NCBI GenBank assembly: GCA_008632985.1
Contig: QPGO01000001.1
Span: 62,001-126,000 of the forward strand
Reading direction: 5' to 3'
Source: Psammoneis japonica
Taxonomy: Eukaryota
DNA length: 64,000 bases
The notes under the pieces were generated by a model that was not told where the DNA came from, did no database searches, and worked only from the letters and a program-made list of their open reading frames with translations. Shown piece after piece: positions 1 to 12,383 of the stretch. Positions within the stretch are counted from its first letter, which is position 1. Each line of letters begins with the position of its first letter. A program made the translations under genes and the position numbers.

Positions 1-2921
1 ATAGCATAGTTATGCTTACGACATCCCGGGTGCACACAAACAGGAACAGGGATATGAGGTTGTACAGCGCTTCGAGGGTGGGTATAGGGTAACGACTTGG
101 GCTTCTTCTTGAATCGATTCCCTCCATTTCTGGCTGGAGACGAATCTCCTTCTTTATCCTCCCCTGACGCAAAGTCCAGATTACCGTTCGCCTGCGCAAC
201 GCACGAGACATAGAAATGTCTTCACAACCAATCAAAAAGTGAGTTAATTCAAACCCTGCTATGCAACGACGTTCGGGATTAACTCACTCTGGGGCTTGGG
301 TGGCGTGAAAGAACTTGGAAACCAATTCACTCATTCTATCCATAATGGTCTTTGTACCACCCCTATCGTTTTCGGGGTTTTCATTTTCTTGGCGTCCTCC
401 AACGTGACTGTCCATTGCGGCGGCATATGCCACCAACTTTTTCATATCATCTTGAGATATCTGCAATTCGTCAAAAAAAGGTTTGCAGCCGACTGCCTTG
501 TTCATGACACCGTGGCCTGTCGGGCCATTGTACTTCATTTCAAACTCGTGGTCGTCGGGGGTGTGAAACTTTCGGTACTCGGCAATGGCGGCAACAGCCC
601 CATTTCGACCGGGGCTTGCCTCAAAAGACTTCTTGTGCTTGGTCATATACAGCACGAGTTTTTCGAAAATAAGAGCAGTCCATGCGCTACTTCAGACAGA
701 TCCTTTTCTTTTTCTTCACCCTCCACCTCAACTTGATTAAAGGCATGCTTTTGCGCACTAGAATAGTGTGCAAGCAAGGAAACGATCTCACAGAGCTCCA
801 CTTCGCCAAACTTTCCAGAGCCACTCTCTTTCAGTGTGTCTTCGACGTTGTGTGCCTCATCCAGAACAACCACCGCCCCTTCCAAATCAATTTCGAGGAA
901 GGAACGAATTGACGGGTCCAGAATGTAATTGTACGGAGCAAAAATGAGCTGGGCGTGTTTGCTCAGAGCCCTCGACAAGTAGTACGGACACGCCGCCTGC
1001 GACGAGTAGTCTTCGTCTTCTTCTTCATTGTCACCCGATGCATGAAGCAAATCTAGCAAGAGAGGATCTTTCGTCGTATTCACGATTGCACTCGTTACTT
1101 GGTCCAGCCGCATATCTCGCGCATCCCTACCGTTGACGGATAGAATACGATCCTTTGGCTTGACGTGACTTGCTTTTTCAGCCGCACCACCCTTGTGTAC
1201 CGCGTCCACCACACATCCGCCATTCTTCTCGTCGCTCGCAATGGCCATTTTGAAAGAGCCAGAACCCGTCTCTCGGTACAAGGCTACACCCTTTTCCTTG
1301 TGTGGGTTCATTCCAAAGCTTACCAAATCTTCAATGTCGTGAACTCCCGCTTTTGTTTCTTCTCCTCCGACACTACAGCACTGCGACTTGAGGAATGCTC
1401 ATTGGCCATGCTGGCGTGACGCTGAGTCGAAAGCTGTCGATAGTGTGGGCAGGTGGGCTTTTTTTTGTTGTGCGACATGATCCAACCCGAACTGTTTGGG
1501 TTCTTGCCACCGTCGTCATCGTCTTGAGAGCTCTGGTCGACATTGCTGGTGCCGCAACCGTCACTCGGTAAATCTATCGGAGGATTATCGTCCTCATAAA
1601 AAAAGTCTTCTGATTTGGCAAGCCTTCGGCGGATTTTTTCCGTATTGGATACCCGCACTTGGCATTCTCGATTGACATTGATCTTATTCGTAGGTGGATC
1701 GCTGCCGTCGCGAGGAACAAGTGACTTGTGAATACAGAGACGATCCCGACTCCCCAGTACAGCCATGCGAGGACGGTATGGTGTTTTCTTGAGAGACGCC
1801 ACCATTTGAGCCACTTGCGAGTGTGTCCGACTGCAATAAATAATTCTTGGCTGCTTTTCGTCGTTAGGGTGGGTCTTGGCGTGATACCGCTGCCAAGCCA
1901 AGACGGCACAAAGGATCGCTACGCTTTTCCCTGTACCGGTGGGGCTTTCCAGCACGACGTGGTGTGAATTTTTCAAAGCTCGGATCAAATGGAAAGCCAT
2001 CTCACGTTGGGGTTTCATAATCATGGGAAACTAGATAAAAGGAATAGGACATGATGTGAGAGATGTTCAAAAAAACAAAACTAGACGGCACGCATGCATG
2101 CATTCTTGTTCACTTACGGGCCATCCAACACGGACACTCTGCATAAAGAAGGCTTTGTGGAGATTTAGTTGTGCGATGTCGCCCTCCATCTCCTTATTCT
2201 GCGAAGGTTGAACGAGCTCAGCCAATTTCTGAGATAAAACTTCGGTAATACGCATTTGTTGATTGGAACGAGCATATGTTTCTCCTCCTGTCCTTCTTCT
2301 GTTGGGATAATGCTGTTGCATCACGGAGAGATTTTGACGCACAGCATGCATAATACTTTGGTGATGCATACCAGTATGGCTCTGCAACCGTTGGAATTCG
2401 GCGTAAGAAACAACAACGTTCTCGTCATCGTCGTCACTGTCATCTTCAAGGTCTTTAGGAGCGCTCTTTTTCGGTACAAACTGACAATGCTCTTTCCACT
2501 GACTGCATAGACTGACTGGTTTGTTGCACTTGATGCAAAAACAATTCTTACAATACTTCTCCTTGGAACCGTCCTCATACTTATGCACACCGCAGTCATG
2601 ACGAGCGTGCGGATAAACCACGATGGGATTGGTGACGTTACTCGACTCCACAATGACTTCGTCGTCATCAACGTTGGTACTGGCTGTAGCAACATTGCTT
2701 ATTTTCGGTGGAGGAGAGAGCATTTCAACGTCGGAATCAACGGTATGTTGCTTTGTAGCTACAGCAGCAGTTTTCGGCCTTGATGAGCAGTACGGATTCC
2801 TTACAGGAGGCGTTGAAGAGGAGTCGTTTCGCACGCGATGAAAAAAGATGGCGCGTCGCGCGGTTTGACGACACCGTTCGCGCGCCAATCGCCCTACCGG
2901 CATGAAGATGGAGAGCGGCAA
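1..2921 (-). CDS. BRIP1: FANCJ/BRIP1 (or RTEL1)-type Fe-S DNA helicase with N-terminal Cys/His domain and internal PDZ insert; 3' end runs off the window
   Basis: Motifs [43 protein letters not shown]...[28 protein letters not shown]. Predicted introns 2031-2117 (GTAAGT..TAG) and 220-287 (GTGAGT..AAG). Apparent 1-nt frameshifts near 1400 and 660. Start codon uncertain; FANCJ versus RTEL1 not settled by eye. Confidence 0.88.
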
Positions 2922-3029
2922 AGTGAAGCATGCAAACTACGCTGGTTCTAGCTGCCGGTAGAGGGGGCAACCTGAGTATTTTTGCGAGCTACATGTCATA
3001 TCTTTATTTCGATTTACGCCCCATGAATT

Positions 3030-4790
3030 CGAATGTGAGGCACGTGAAGGCTGAAAGCCTTGAAACGGATGCCAGCCTCATTGCAACGAATGTCTTTCGC
3101 CCAAAACCATGCACTGTCTCTGCCTGAATGAGTGTCAACAACAAACACGTCACCAATGTTGAATGGAATTCACCCAACCTGGTGCAAAAAGTGTTGAAAA
3201 ATCTTGTTGACATTCCAAATCACAATGCTCTCAGCTGCTTCTCAAAAGAAGCCAACAAAATTCAAAGCTCCCAACACCAATCCCGCGCTGCACATGTGTG
3301 CTCCACCACCTTGACATTGACAGGATTTTCTGAGCCAGTCATGTGTCCATCATCTAGCCGCACCACCAAATGAAGCTTTTGTGAGTCGATCGTGGCAAAC
3401 ACCTGATTTTGTGTTGCTTGAGCCACCATCGTCGGGGTGGAAGAACTTGAGATCTTCAACAGCGCAGCCACCGTTTCTGTTGATGCTGTTGAGACGTCCC
3501 TCCAGTGGCTTGTTCACATTGTGCCAAGAGATGAAGCACTCCCCAATCTGAGGGGATTCAGAAGTGTTCCTCTTTTTCCCATGACTCTTGAGCTCAAAAC
3601 GACTGGGAACGATCCAATTGTCTGACCACCGAACTTCAACATCAGGGATCCAGTTGCTGTGCGCTTGAATTGGATGCCTTTGCAGTCACACTTGATGTTC
3701 TTTGCACAGCATTTAGCGCCCATCTCTCCACCAGTCCACATCAACAATGAAATCCTGCAAGGGGAAAGATTTTGTGCCCATTTGAAGGAAAGACAGAAAA
3801 GCCTTGACAATCGCCTTGGAAATGGTCTTTTCAATCTTGGGGCGGACGGCCCCGACAAAGTTTCCAAGCTTCAGTTTGGCATCAGCCTTGCTCATTTTTA
3901 CCTTCTTCACATTGATGATGATTGGATTGACACAGCCACCGGCATGTCCATCACTCAGCTCTAGAACAAGGTCGAGCTTTGTGTGGTGCATCACCGCCAG
4001 GACACCGATCGTCGCAGCACCTTCCATGCAACAAAGCACTCACCAAGAAGAACAGTCATGGTGAACAATCTTTGCTCTTGCACAACATGGGCTGTTTGCA
4101 AGTGAGACAACTTTTTGTGAGAAAAGCTGTGTGTGATGACTCGCTTCTGCCAGAAGATCTGAAAGCACGTGAGGCAAATCATGCCACAGGTGGCGCACTT
4201 GTTTGATTTCTTCAATTTTAGATTTTGAAAATTTGGTGGTGGCCAGCAATTGACAACGAGCACATTTCACATCAACGCACTTTCATTGATGCACTTTTGC
4301 ACAAAATCTCTGCTCAACTGCCCCAGCTCAATGTTGTTTGTTCGTTGGTGTGCAAAACAGGAAAAGACAAGAGAGCTCACCGTCCAGCGGGGTGACAGCC
4401 AGTGGAAGCAAAAGATCTCATGGACCAGTCACTGCCCATGGATGCTGACAAGTGGCAAAGTTCCAATCAGGTGGCTGCCCGCGAGAAACAAAACGCCGCT
4501 CAGGAGGCAGCCCCCGCACCCAAGAAGAAAAGGACAAAAACCGCTCCCACCAAGTGCTTTTCCTTGCAGGAAGGACACGTTCTTTGACATGGATCACAGC
4601 ACCAAAAATCCCTTTGACTGCCGCCCCAAAACAATCCAGCATGTGATCAGGTGCCTGGAGCTGCTCCGTTTTGGTTTTTTGCTGGAGGGCGACTTTGATG
4701 GGTTTTGCCTCGATCAGCTGTTTGTCAAATCCTGGAAGAGAGCACGTCAGACACTGGCGGAGAGAGAGAGAGAGAGAGAGAAACAAAGAG
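3030..4790. other. TpA-depleted degenerate coding-like sequence of unidentified origin, probably a decayed transposon
   Basis: Very few TA; Cys/His-rich broken ORFs on both strands; no recognisable motif; ends in a (GA)n tract. Confidence 0.4.
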
Positions 4791-4828
4791 AGTGACAGAG
4801 GGCGATTGACCTGACGATTGGCCTGGAG

Positions 4829-5477
4829 TGCCACAAGTGGTTAACTTTTTCCGCACCCGCGGGACAAAATTTTTTGTCCCGGCATTTTCTCTAATTAACT
4901 CAAGTGCAATTGTCATTTCATTGTCATTTGCACATTTAATCACATCTTTCCTGGTGTCACATTATTTGAATGGAAAATGTTGCCTTTCCTCTTTGTCAGC
5001 AGCTTCAGAAGAATGACTCGGCTTAACACATTTCGACCCACAGACATTTAGTTTAGACACTTGTGAAGCAGGGTGCACAGCCCTGCTGACAAAACCCATG
5101 CATAATGCAAAACTTTGAACAGGACAGAAGATTTTGGAAATTGTCGCCAAAAGTCACTCTTCCATGGTGTCTACATACGTCCCCAGCATGCATGCGTCTG
5201 TCCGTCACTTTTTTGCACCCCCACTGCCCTGGTCCATTCAGATGTGTCATCCGGTTGTGTGCGTGGCACGGATCTCTTCGCAATTGTCCAAACTGCAGGT
5301 CCAAAGTCTGTCCTGGGGCTTGTAATGCCATCAGACAAAACTGTCACGGTCGAAACAGCACACATTTATTTGCATTTATTTGAGTGGAAAAGTTTTGTTG
5401 TTTGTGCCGGCATTCTTGTTTAAATGGGGCAATCGAGCGAAACCGCGTGGGTGCGGAAAAAGTCAACTCATTTGGCA
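4829..5477. mobile_element. Non-autonomous TIR element, about 650 bp
   Basis: Left TGCCACAAGTGGTTAACTTTTTCCGCACCCGCG is an imperfect inverted repeat of right CGCGTGGGTGCGGAAAAAGTCAACTCATTTGGCA; no clear TSD. Confidence 0.6.
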
Positions 5478-5659
5478 GACCGCACGTTTGCGTCGTTTGG
5501 CTCGTGTCATCGTGTGTGCTGTTTTTCGCGTTTGTTCCAAAAATCAAAAAAGTCTGTCTTTGTGCGATTCCGCCAACCCTGACCCACACTGTCACACACC
5601 ACACACCACACACGCATCGGCTCGCGGTCTTGAACAACCACAACCATGACGCTGACATC

Positions 5660-6010
5660 ATCAACAGCACTGCGAATCAATGACAACAACAATGACAACA
5701 ACGACACCATGACGTTTGGAGGATTGTCTGCCTCGTGAGCAGAACAAATCAATGTTGAGTGTTGTTTCGGATGCGTGCTGTGATTTGATTCTTTGTGTGT
5801 TGTGTTTCATGCGAGTCGAATGCTGCCGATTGAGAAAATCATTGACACGCTCCTGCTGCTGCTGCCGCATGCACGCCATTGTCATGGGACCGCCGCTCGG
5901 CTGCTGCTGCCAGTTTGTAAGAAAGAAACCGAGTGCTCGAGATGTGAAGGAGCATTTGTGTTGGAATTGTTGGAACCATGGTCACTCAAAATTAAAACCA
6001 ATGTCATGGC
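5660..6010 (+). pseudogene. IST1: Decayed copy of IST1 5'UTR, exon 1 and intron
   Basis: GAATCAATGACAACAAC...CCATGACGTTTGGAGGATTGTCTGCCTCGTGAGCAGAACAAATC aligns to the reverse complement of 28590-28665 (GAATCAATAACAATAAC...CCATGTTTGGAGGGTTTTCTGCC...CCTCGTGAGTAGAATATATC). Confidence 0.75.
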
Positions 6011-6199
6011 AAACAACTCACAGGCACGGTGGTGCGAGCGCAGCATGGTGCAGATGGATGCAACGAACGATTTGTTGCGATGCGATTTTTTTTGCATGTT
6101 CGAATGTTGTTTTGCGGTTGAAAAAAGGAAGAATGGCGACAAACTGTCTCCGTTGCGTTGAGTGGCAATGGATGGACATGTCTTGGTGTGGTTGGACGT

Positions 6200-6790
6200 G
6201 ATGGAACATGACGTCAATGGATTGACCAAATGCGCGCGGATCAAGTTTGCATCTTTTTAGCATGACGGCACAATGCACATGAAGCATTTCGGAAATCCTT
6301 TAAATGGCAAGGCCAAGCATGATTGCTTTGGGGATTCCATGGGTTTGGTCACTCGACATCCTTGAGTTGTTCCTCAAGTGTTGTTGGCATTGGACAAAGT
6401 GGAGACGTTGGTGACACGGTTTCGGCATTTGAGTGCAGTTTGTCAATGTCAAGATGGGAGACTCTTCTTCCAGGTGATTCAATCTTTGAGCATGTCGACA
6501 ATGTTGGGATTGTGTTTGCGGACATGCTGTGTCTCTCATGACAGTGGTTTGCTCCTGTTGGCAGGCACAGTGGCAAGGATCGTTTTGCTTTGTGACTTGT
6601 GCCGCTTGATGTCGTCGTGGAGTCAGCGTGGCCAAACTGCAACTTGGCAAAAACTTTGCTTGGTCAGTGTCGTTGAGCAGAAATGGAAACGGTTGTGGCA
6701 GTCGGAAATCATTGCCATGATGTAAATGGTGTGTGCCAAGTCGGTCAAGTTAGAATCTTTCAGTGCGACAGCAATGCAGACGATGTTTCC
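6200..6790 (+). pseudogene. Decayed fragments of an FG-GAP propeller gene (last blades, present twice)
   Basis: VAVGNHCHDVNGVCQVGQVRIFQCDSNADD versus LAVGSHYHDVNGLTSAGQVRIFQHDSNADE in the 9527-12133 gene; a second match CATGACGTCAATGGATTGACC...ATCCTTTAAATGGCAAGGC at 6207-6313. Confidence 0.8.
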
Positions 6791-8619
6791 ATTCCTGCAC
6801 TCTTGTCATTTTTCGCCCAGTTGCTTTTTTGGGGGTTTCTAAGGAACTCCAGACTGACTGCTCTCAACACTCTAGATGTTTCCATTCCCGCACTCTTTTC
6901 ATTTTTCGCCCAGATGCTTTTTTTGGGTTTTCTGAGCAACTCTGCTAGACCAACTGCTCTCAACTCTAGCCACAGCTCCAGCTGGCCCCATGTAAAGAGC
7001 AACATCATGTCCCCAGCTGCTGGCAGAGCCACTCTCTCAGATGACAACACAGAAGAGAGAGCACTTTAGAGAGACAACATGGAGGATGCACCACTGGTCT
7101 GGAGTGAATGAACTGTGGTCACCCTCTCCAGAGTTCCCAGTGTGGCAATGGTGGCCACAGCAACAATGCAGAAGCAGTGATTTGTCAAGGTGGCATGGAC
7201 ATCAGATGGAAGAAGCCACCTCCAATGTGTGACAAAGTGAGAAATGCTGGTCAGGTGGTTGTGCCTGTTCATTTTGGTGGCTTCTTCTTGCCTTTTGAGG
7301 CTGTTGCCTCTGTGCATGACAAGGCACTGGCACTCACCAAATACAATGCTTGTTGAGAGTGGCTGGTGCCTCAGCTGCAAAAGCTGGACTGTCCAAAAAA
7401 TGAAAAAGAAGTGCAGCAGGAATGGCTGTGTGCCACAGCAAGTTGGCACTTGCCATTCTCAGCTGCACTGCACCATTGCTTGTTTGTTGCCAATTGCCAG
7501 GAGGATTGAAGCAAGACAATGTGCTCCCCTGCATGACTTCTCCACCAAAACAACCATTTTGCTGAGTTTGCAAGCAGGGGGTGCGCACATTTCAACTTGT
7601 GTTTTTTGCCACAGTTCCCATTCAATTGACATTGTCAAATGCATTGAATGGCATCATGATTGATCAACAAAAGCCACAACAAATGGGGTGCAAATGTGGT
7701 GTGTTGCCCATTTTTGTTGCGGTTGGTTGATTGTGTGGCTCCACATGTCCCTGCACACAGAAGGTGCAGAAATGAACAAGAGGACAAGAGGGGAAGCATG
7801 GGAAATCCCGGTGTACAAAAATTTTCATTCATGTGTTGAGCACATGTGTGGCATGGTGTCATTCATGGGAATTCCCCAGGAAATCATGCTTCCCACAGAA
7901 ATTGCGGCAAAATGTTGCAACCCCGGGGAATTTTGGGGAATCCCACGGCAAAACCAAACTGGGGAGATGTGCAGTGTGCTGCTGGGTGGAAGAGGATGAA
8001 GTTGACAAAAGGCTCTTAAATTGCACAGGAAAGAAGCCAGAGGGTGGCAAATGGGAGCTTCAAGTGTGTTGAATGCAGTGCTGGTGTGGCTGTCAGAAGG
8101 ACACTTGGATGCATGATGGACATGCAAAGGCAAAGCAGCTGCATGGGAATGCTGCAAAAGCTTCAGCTTGCAATGTTCTGAGTGCTCCAACAGCAGAAGC
8201 AGCAGAAGCAGCATTGGCACCTGTCACATTTTTCAGGAGACAGTGCCTGGCTCAACATGGTCTGCCAAAGGTTCAGTGGAGTGAGTTTTGTTCATCTGAC
8301 AGATGATGAGTTGAAGCTGAAAGTTGACAAGAGGCTTTGCAAGGTGTGCAAAGCAAGGCTCTGGAGCCACAAAGAGGAGCAGCTGCCAGCACACCCTGCA
8401 AAAAAGGGCTGTTTGGTGTGGCTGTTTGCACCCAAGAACCTTTCAAGGCACTCCATCAAAGTTCTCAGTCTTGTGCCAATGACTGCACTGGTGCCATGCA
8501 ACCGGCCTTCTTCTGCATCCCAACCAAGAAAGCTTTGGGTGGGCACTTGATTTTTGAGCATGAGCCACTCAAGACAAAAGGGTTGCACCTGTCTTGATGA
8601 CAAATTCTTGCACTTGTTT

Positions 8620-8995
8620 GAAGTGGCAACAAGAATTGTTGGCAGAACACACAAAATTGTTGGAACACTCCAAAACATGTCCACTCGATTTGGTCTCATG
8701 TGTTTCCACACTGTTTTGTGGGCGTGCAACCATGTTGACATTGCAGAGATCCTGCTCATTAAAAAAAACAATTTCGTTCCAAATGCAGAAAAGACTTTGA
8801 ATTACGGTGCCCTTGGAAAAGATTTGCAGCTTGCAAAAACTGGATTGGAAGCCACACGTGTCTTGGTTGGACAGTTCTCTGGCACAAACGCGTGGCGGCA
8901 CCTGTTGGACATCATGCTGCACACAAGTGGCGGGTTGAATGGGCATGTTGGGAACTTGCTGTGGACAATCTTCAGGGCAAAAGAGCAAGAAATGT
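8620..8995 (+). pseudogene. IST1: Decayed, internally deleted copy of IST1 coding exon 2
   Basis: ELLAEHTKLLEHSKTCPLDLVSCVSTL / WACNHVDIAEILLIKK / AAPVGH versus intact ELLAERIKLLEHSKTCPPDLVSCVSTLIWACDYVDIAELPLIKK / AAPVGY; frameshifted. Confidence 0.92.
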
Positions 8996-9526
8996 GGCTT
9001 CTGTCAGGGGAGGGGGGGATGGGCAGCACGGTGGCACAAAAGTGTGGTGCAAGTCTTCCACGCTCCGCTTCATCATGCAGCACAGAGGGTGGGCTGCTGT
9101 GGCCGGAGCTTTGTCGCACTGGCACCAGATCTGCCAGATTCTGCCCAGCATCAGGAAACACATTCATGATCATTTTCACGATTGAATGAAATTGCATAAA
9201 AAGCCATTGTGATCACATGCTTGTGTGTTGACTGCATGAAACAATTGAACTCACCGTGCAAGTGCATGATGTGACGACAGACGAGTCGAGGTGGTCGCGG
9301 TTCATACAGCCGCGCCGCGGTTCATCAGTCTTGCTTCAAGTTATTCGCTGATGATCTATTGTTGGCAGATTTCCCGCGTTTCATCCGTTCTTGCTTCAAG
9401 TCCATCGCTTTCTGCGGATGCTCCAGCAGCTTTAACAGAACATGCAGTGGCAACTGCAAACTCTCACTCGTGCTGCTTGTGACCATTTGTCCACACATCT
9501 TTCTTATTGTAGAACTGCTTTCCCCC

Positions 9527-12133
9527 ATGATGAAGCGTTCGAGCGACGACGATGACGACATGTGCGACAGGCGTGGTGTTCGCGGCCGTGCCAGCAGCAG
9601 GAGCGGCAATTTGAAGGAAGATGAAACGGATAAGCAGTTACAAGAAATCGAAGAAACAATTCCTACGGGAGAAACGACCGCCGCTTCTTCTCATACGAAA
9701 AAGAAGAAGAGACAAACTGCTCATCGCCGCCGTCAAGAGCAGCAACAAGCAGAAGGAGGAAACTTGGCGGGTGAAGAACAAAAGGAAGAAGAACTGCTCG
9801 TTGAGTCGGATGATACTGATGAAGACATCGGCGCCACGACTGCCACAAACTTTACAAACGATGATGCAGGTGCGGGTACTGCTGGCGCGTTTGCCATTGG
9901 TCAAGGAGGACGACAGGTGCGAAGAGGAGGAAGTGACGCTGCTGACAATATTTCGCTCTTTTCAGAACTCGAAACGATACGCTCCAGTAGTTCAACGCCT
10001 CCTCCTCCAGAGGAGGCTGCTCGCGCTGACAATGATGGTGATGCTCCACTCGTTGTAGCTGAATTGGCAGATCAATCGGGACATGTTGCAGCGGAGGATT
10101 TCATAGCGCTTCAGGAACAAGTTACTAGTCTCCAAGCAGGAATTTACCAGGCACAGGCTGTACGGGCGGTTCCTGCTTCTGTTGATGGCGGACAGAATGA
10201 GCAAGTAAATGAAACAAGGAGAATTGATGGTGATGATGAGAGTGCTGAAGAGGAACCTCGTTACAAGCGCCGTCGCAGACGATTCATTATTCTGGTTGTT
10301 GTATTGTTGGCCATTGCTGCGATTGTCAGCATTCTTGCTGGAGTAAAGCCATGGGATAATGGTGGTGGAGGGAGCCCTGCTATTCCGCCTACTGTTGCAC
10401 CCGCTTCGGAGACCCAACAGGCCACCGGATTGGTGCTGAATTTGGTTGGTTTAGATACCGAGTTTGACGAAAGCGATTCCGAGTTGTGGGCCACAGCAAC
10501 CAAGGCGTTTGTCGAGGAATATTTTAACACTCCTAGTCGACGTGGTCTTGGCAGTCTCTTGATCCGCAATTTACAAGTATCGAACGTACAAGACGTTGAG
10601 ACGACACTGCAAGTTACTAACACTATTGTTGCTCAAGATGGTAATGGTGCAGAGCCCTCCCTTCAAGTCGTGTACAGCCAAGCCGTCACGTATGCTATTG
10701 ACACCAGCAACAACGATTACATTTCCATGGAAGTGTTGGCGACCGAGCCATTCAAGACATCAGCAAGGAGGTTGGCCTATGTGAATGACCTCCAGGTTGC
10801 GGGTACCAATGCCGGAAGCGATGTTTTCGACAATTTGATTGGCACTACCGAAGTATCGACCAATGCAGATACACTTGCTCCCGCCACTCCAGCTCCATCT
10901 CCTTCTCCAATCATTGTGCTTCCAAACGGTCCGTGGAATCCCGTCGGCCAAGTCTTGCACGGCAAAGCCGCAATTGATTGGTTTGGCAATTCCGTATCCT
11001 TGTCTCGTGATGGCAGTGTAATGGCGATTGGAGCGGATCAAAGGGGGTCTTCCAATCCCGGCTATGTTGTTGTGCAACGATACAATCTAAGTAACAAACA
11101 ATGGATACAAATTGCCCAAGAATTGGTGGGACAAGCCGGCGGCGACCGTTTTGGATTGTCAGTTTCATTAAATGGTGATGGCACGATTCTTACCGTTGGA
11201 GCTCCATGGAATTACAGTGGCGGAAAGTCTGTCGGTCAAGTTCGCGTTTTTGAGTACGACTCTGTATCGGATCGTTGGGTCCAACTCGGCAGCGACATTC
11301 TTGGACAAGACGCTCGTGACCAATTTGGGTTTTCCGTGTCGCTCTCGGACGCGGGAGACATTCTTGCCGTGGGAGCTGATTTGGATGACACGGAAAACGG
11401 CTCTGGTTCCGGATCGGTTCGATTGTTTCAATATAACCGCAGCTCTTCATCCTGGAACCAACTCGGGCAAACACTCATTGGACAAGCTACCGCTGATTAT
11501 TTTGGCATTTCTGTTTCCTTGAATGCGCAGGGAACCATTGTTGGCGTTGGAGCGCATTGGAATGATTCGGGCGGAAACAATGCTGGTCAAGTGTCGGTGT
11601 ATGAATACAATTCTGCCTCGTCAAAATGGGATCCATTGGGTGACTCAATCAATGGACAAGTCTTACATAGTTTGTTTGGATATTCTGTTTCTCTTGACGA
11701 CAGCGGTTTGATCGTTGCTGCAGGTGCACATGGTGGTAGCACCAACGAGAGAGTTTCGGTTTATTCATACGACCGCTCGACTTTGACATGGAATCAACAT
11801 GGCCAAACTCTCTTGACACAACAGCCTGGCAACAATTTTGGTTGGTCAGTGTCATTGAGTGGCAATGGAAATGTCCTGGCAGTTGGAAGTCATTATCATG
11901 ATGTCAATGGATTGACCAGCGCCGGTCAAGTCCGAATCTTTCAGCACGACAGCAATGCAGACGAATGGAAGCAAGTTGGTGATCCTTTAAATGGCGAGGC
12001 TGAAGATGACTATTTTGGAAGTTCCGTGTCGTTGTCGGCCGACGGGAGTGTCGTTGGAGTTGGTGCTCATGAAGCTGATATCAATGGCGACCGGTCCGGA
12101 TCCGCGTATGCATTCACAGTGAACAACAATTAA
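9527..12133 (+). CDS. Single-pass membrane protein: acidic N-terminus, TM helix, SEA-like stalk, 7-blade FG-GAP (integrin-alpha-like) beta-propeller
   Basis: Uninterrupted ORF; RRRRRFIILVVVLLAIAAIVSILAGV TM; seven FGxSVSLxxxGxxxAVGA repeats; first ATG of the ORF at 9527. The SEA-like call is from recall of pattern only. Confidence 0.9.
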   Translation: MMKRSSDDDDDMCDRRGVRGRASSRSGNLKEDETDKQLQEIEETIPTGETTAASSHTKKKKRQTAHRRRQEQQQAEGGNLAGEEQKEEELLVESDDTDEDIGATTATNFTNDDAGAGTAGAFAIGQGGRQVRRGGSDAADNISLFSELETIRSSSSTPPPPEEAARADNDGDAPLVVAELADQSGHVAAEDFIALQEQVTSLQAGIYQAQAVRAVPASVDGGQNEQVNETRRIDGDDESAEEEPRYKRRRRRFIILVVVLLAIAAIVSILAGVKPWDNGGGGSPAIPPTVAPASETQQATGLVLNLVGLDTEFDESDSELWATATKAFVEEYFNTPSRRGLGSLLIRNLQVSNVQDVETTLQVTNTIVAQDGNGAEPSLQVVYSQAVTYAIDTSNNDYISMEVLATEPFKTSARRLAYVNDLQVAGTNAGSDVFDNLIGTTEVSTNADTLAPATPAPSPSPIIVLPNGPWNPVGQVLHGKAAIDWFGNSVSLSRDGSVMAIGADQRGSSNPGYVVVQRYNLSNKQWIQIAQELVGQAGGDRFGLSVSLNGDGTILTVGAPWNYSGGKSVGQVRVFEYDSVSDRWVQLGSDILGQDARDQFGFSVSLSDAGDILAVGADLDDTENGSGSGSVRLFQYNRSSSSWNQLGQTLIGQATADYFGISVSLNAQGTIVGVGAHWNDSGGNNAGQVSVYEYNSASSKWDPLGDSINGQVLHSLFGYSVSLDDSGLIVAAGAHGGSTNERVSVYSYDRSTLTWNQHGQTLLTQQPGNNFGWSVSLSGNGNVLAVGSHYHDVNGLTSAGQVRIFQHDSNADEWKQVGDPLNGEAEDDYFGSSVSLSADGSVVGVGAHEADINGDRSGSAYAFTVNNN

Positions 12134-12383
12134 GCCCGTAGTTTTGCATTCATCGCGAACTGCATTGACGGCACACCATTTCCATGCTTCTTTTTACCCT
12201 ATCGAGATGGTTGACTGCCGTATCTTCTTTTCGATTTTCGAACTTAAAGTAGGCCAAGTGATCACAAGGGAACAGATTAGAATGATATAATGAATGTACT
12301 CGCTACTAGCTAGCCACCTTAGAGAGAAAGAACGAGTGCTAGGTCACGAATTCTCGCTCCTTTCATATAAGTTCCAGAACGAA

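Noticed and set aside
6782..6970. Two-copy repeat of about 92 bp
   Set aside because: Real but minor local duplication in a decayed block, with no further signal.
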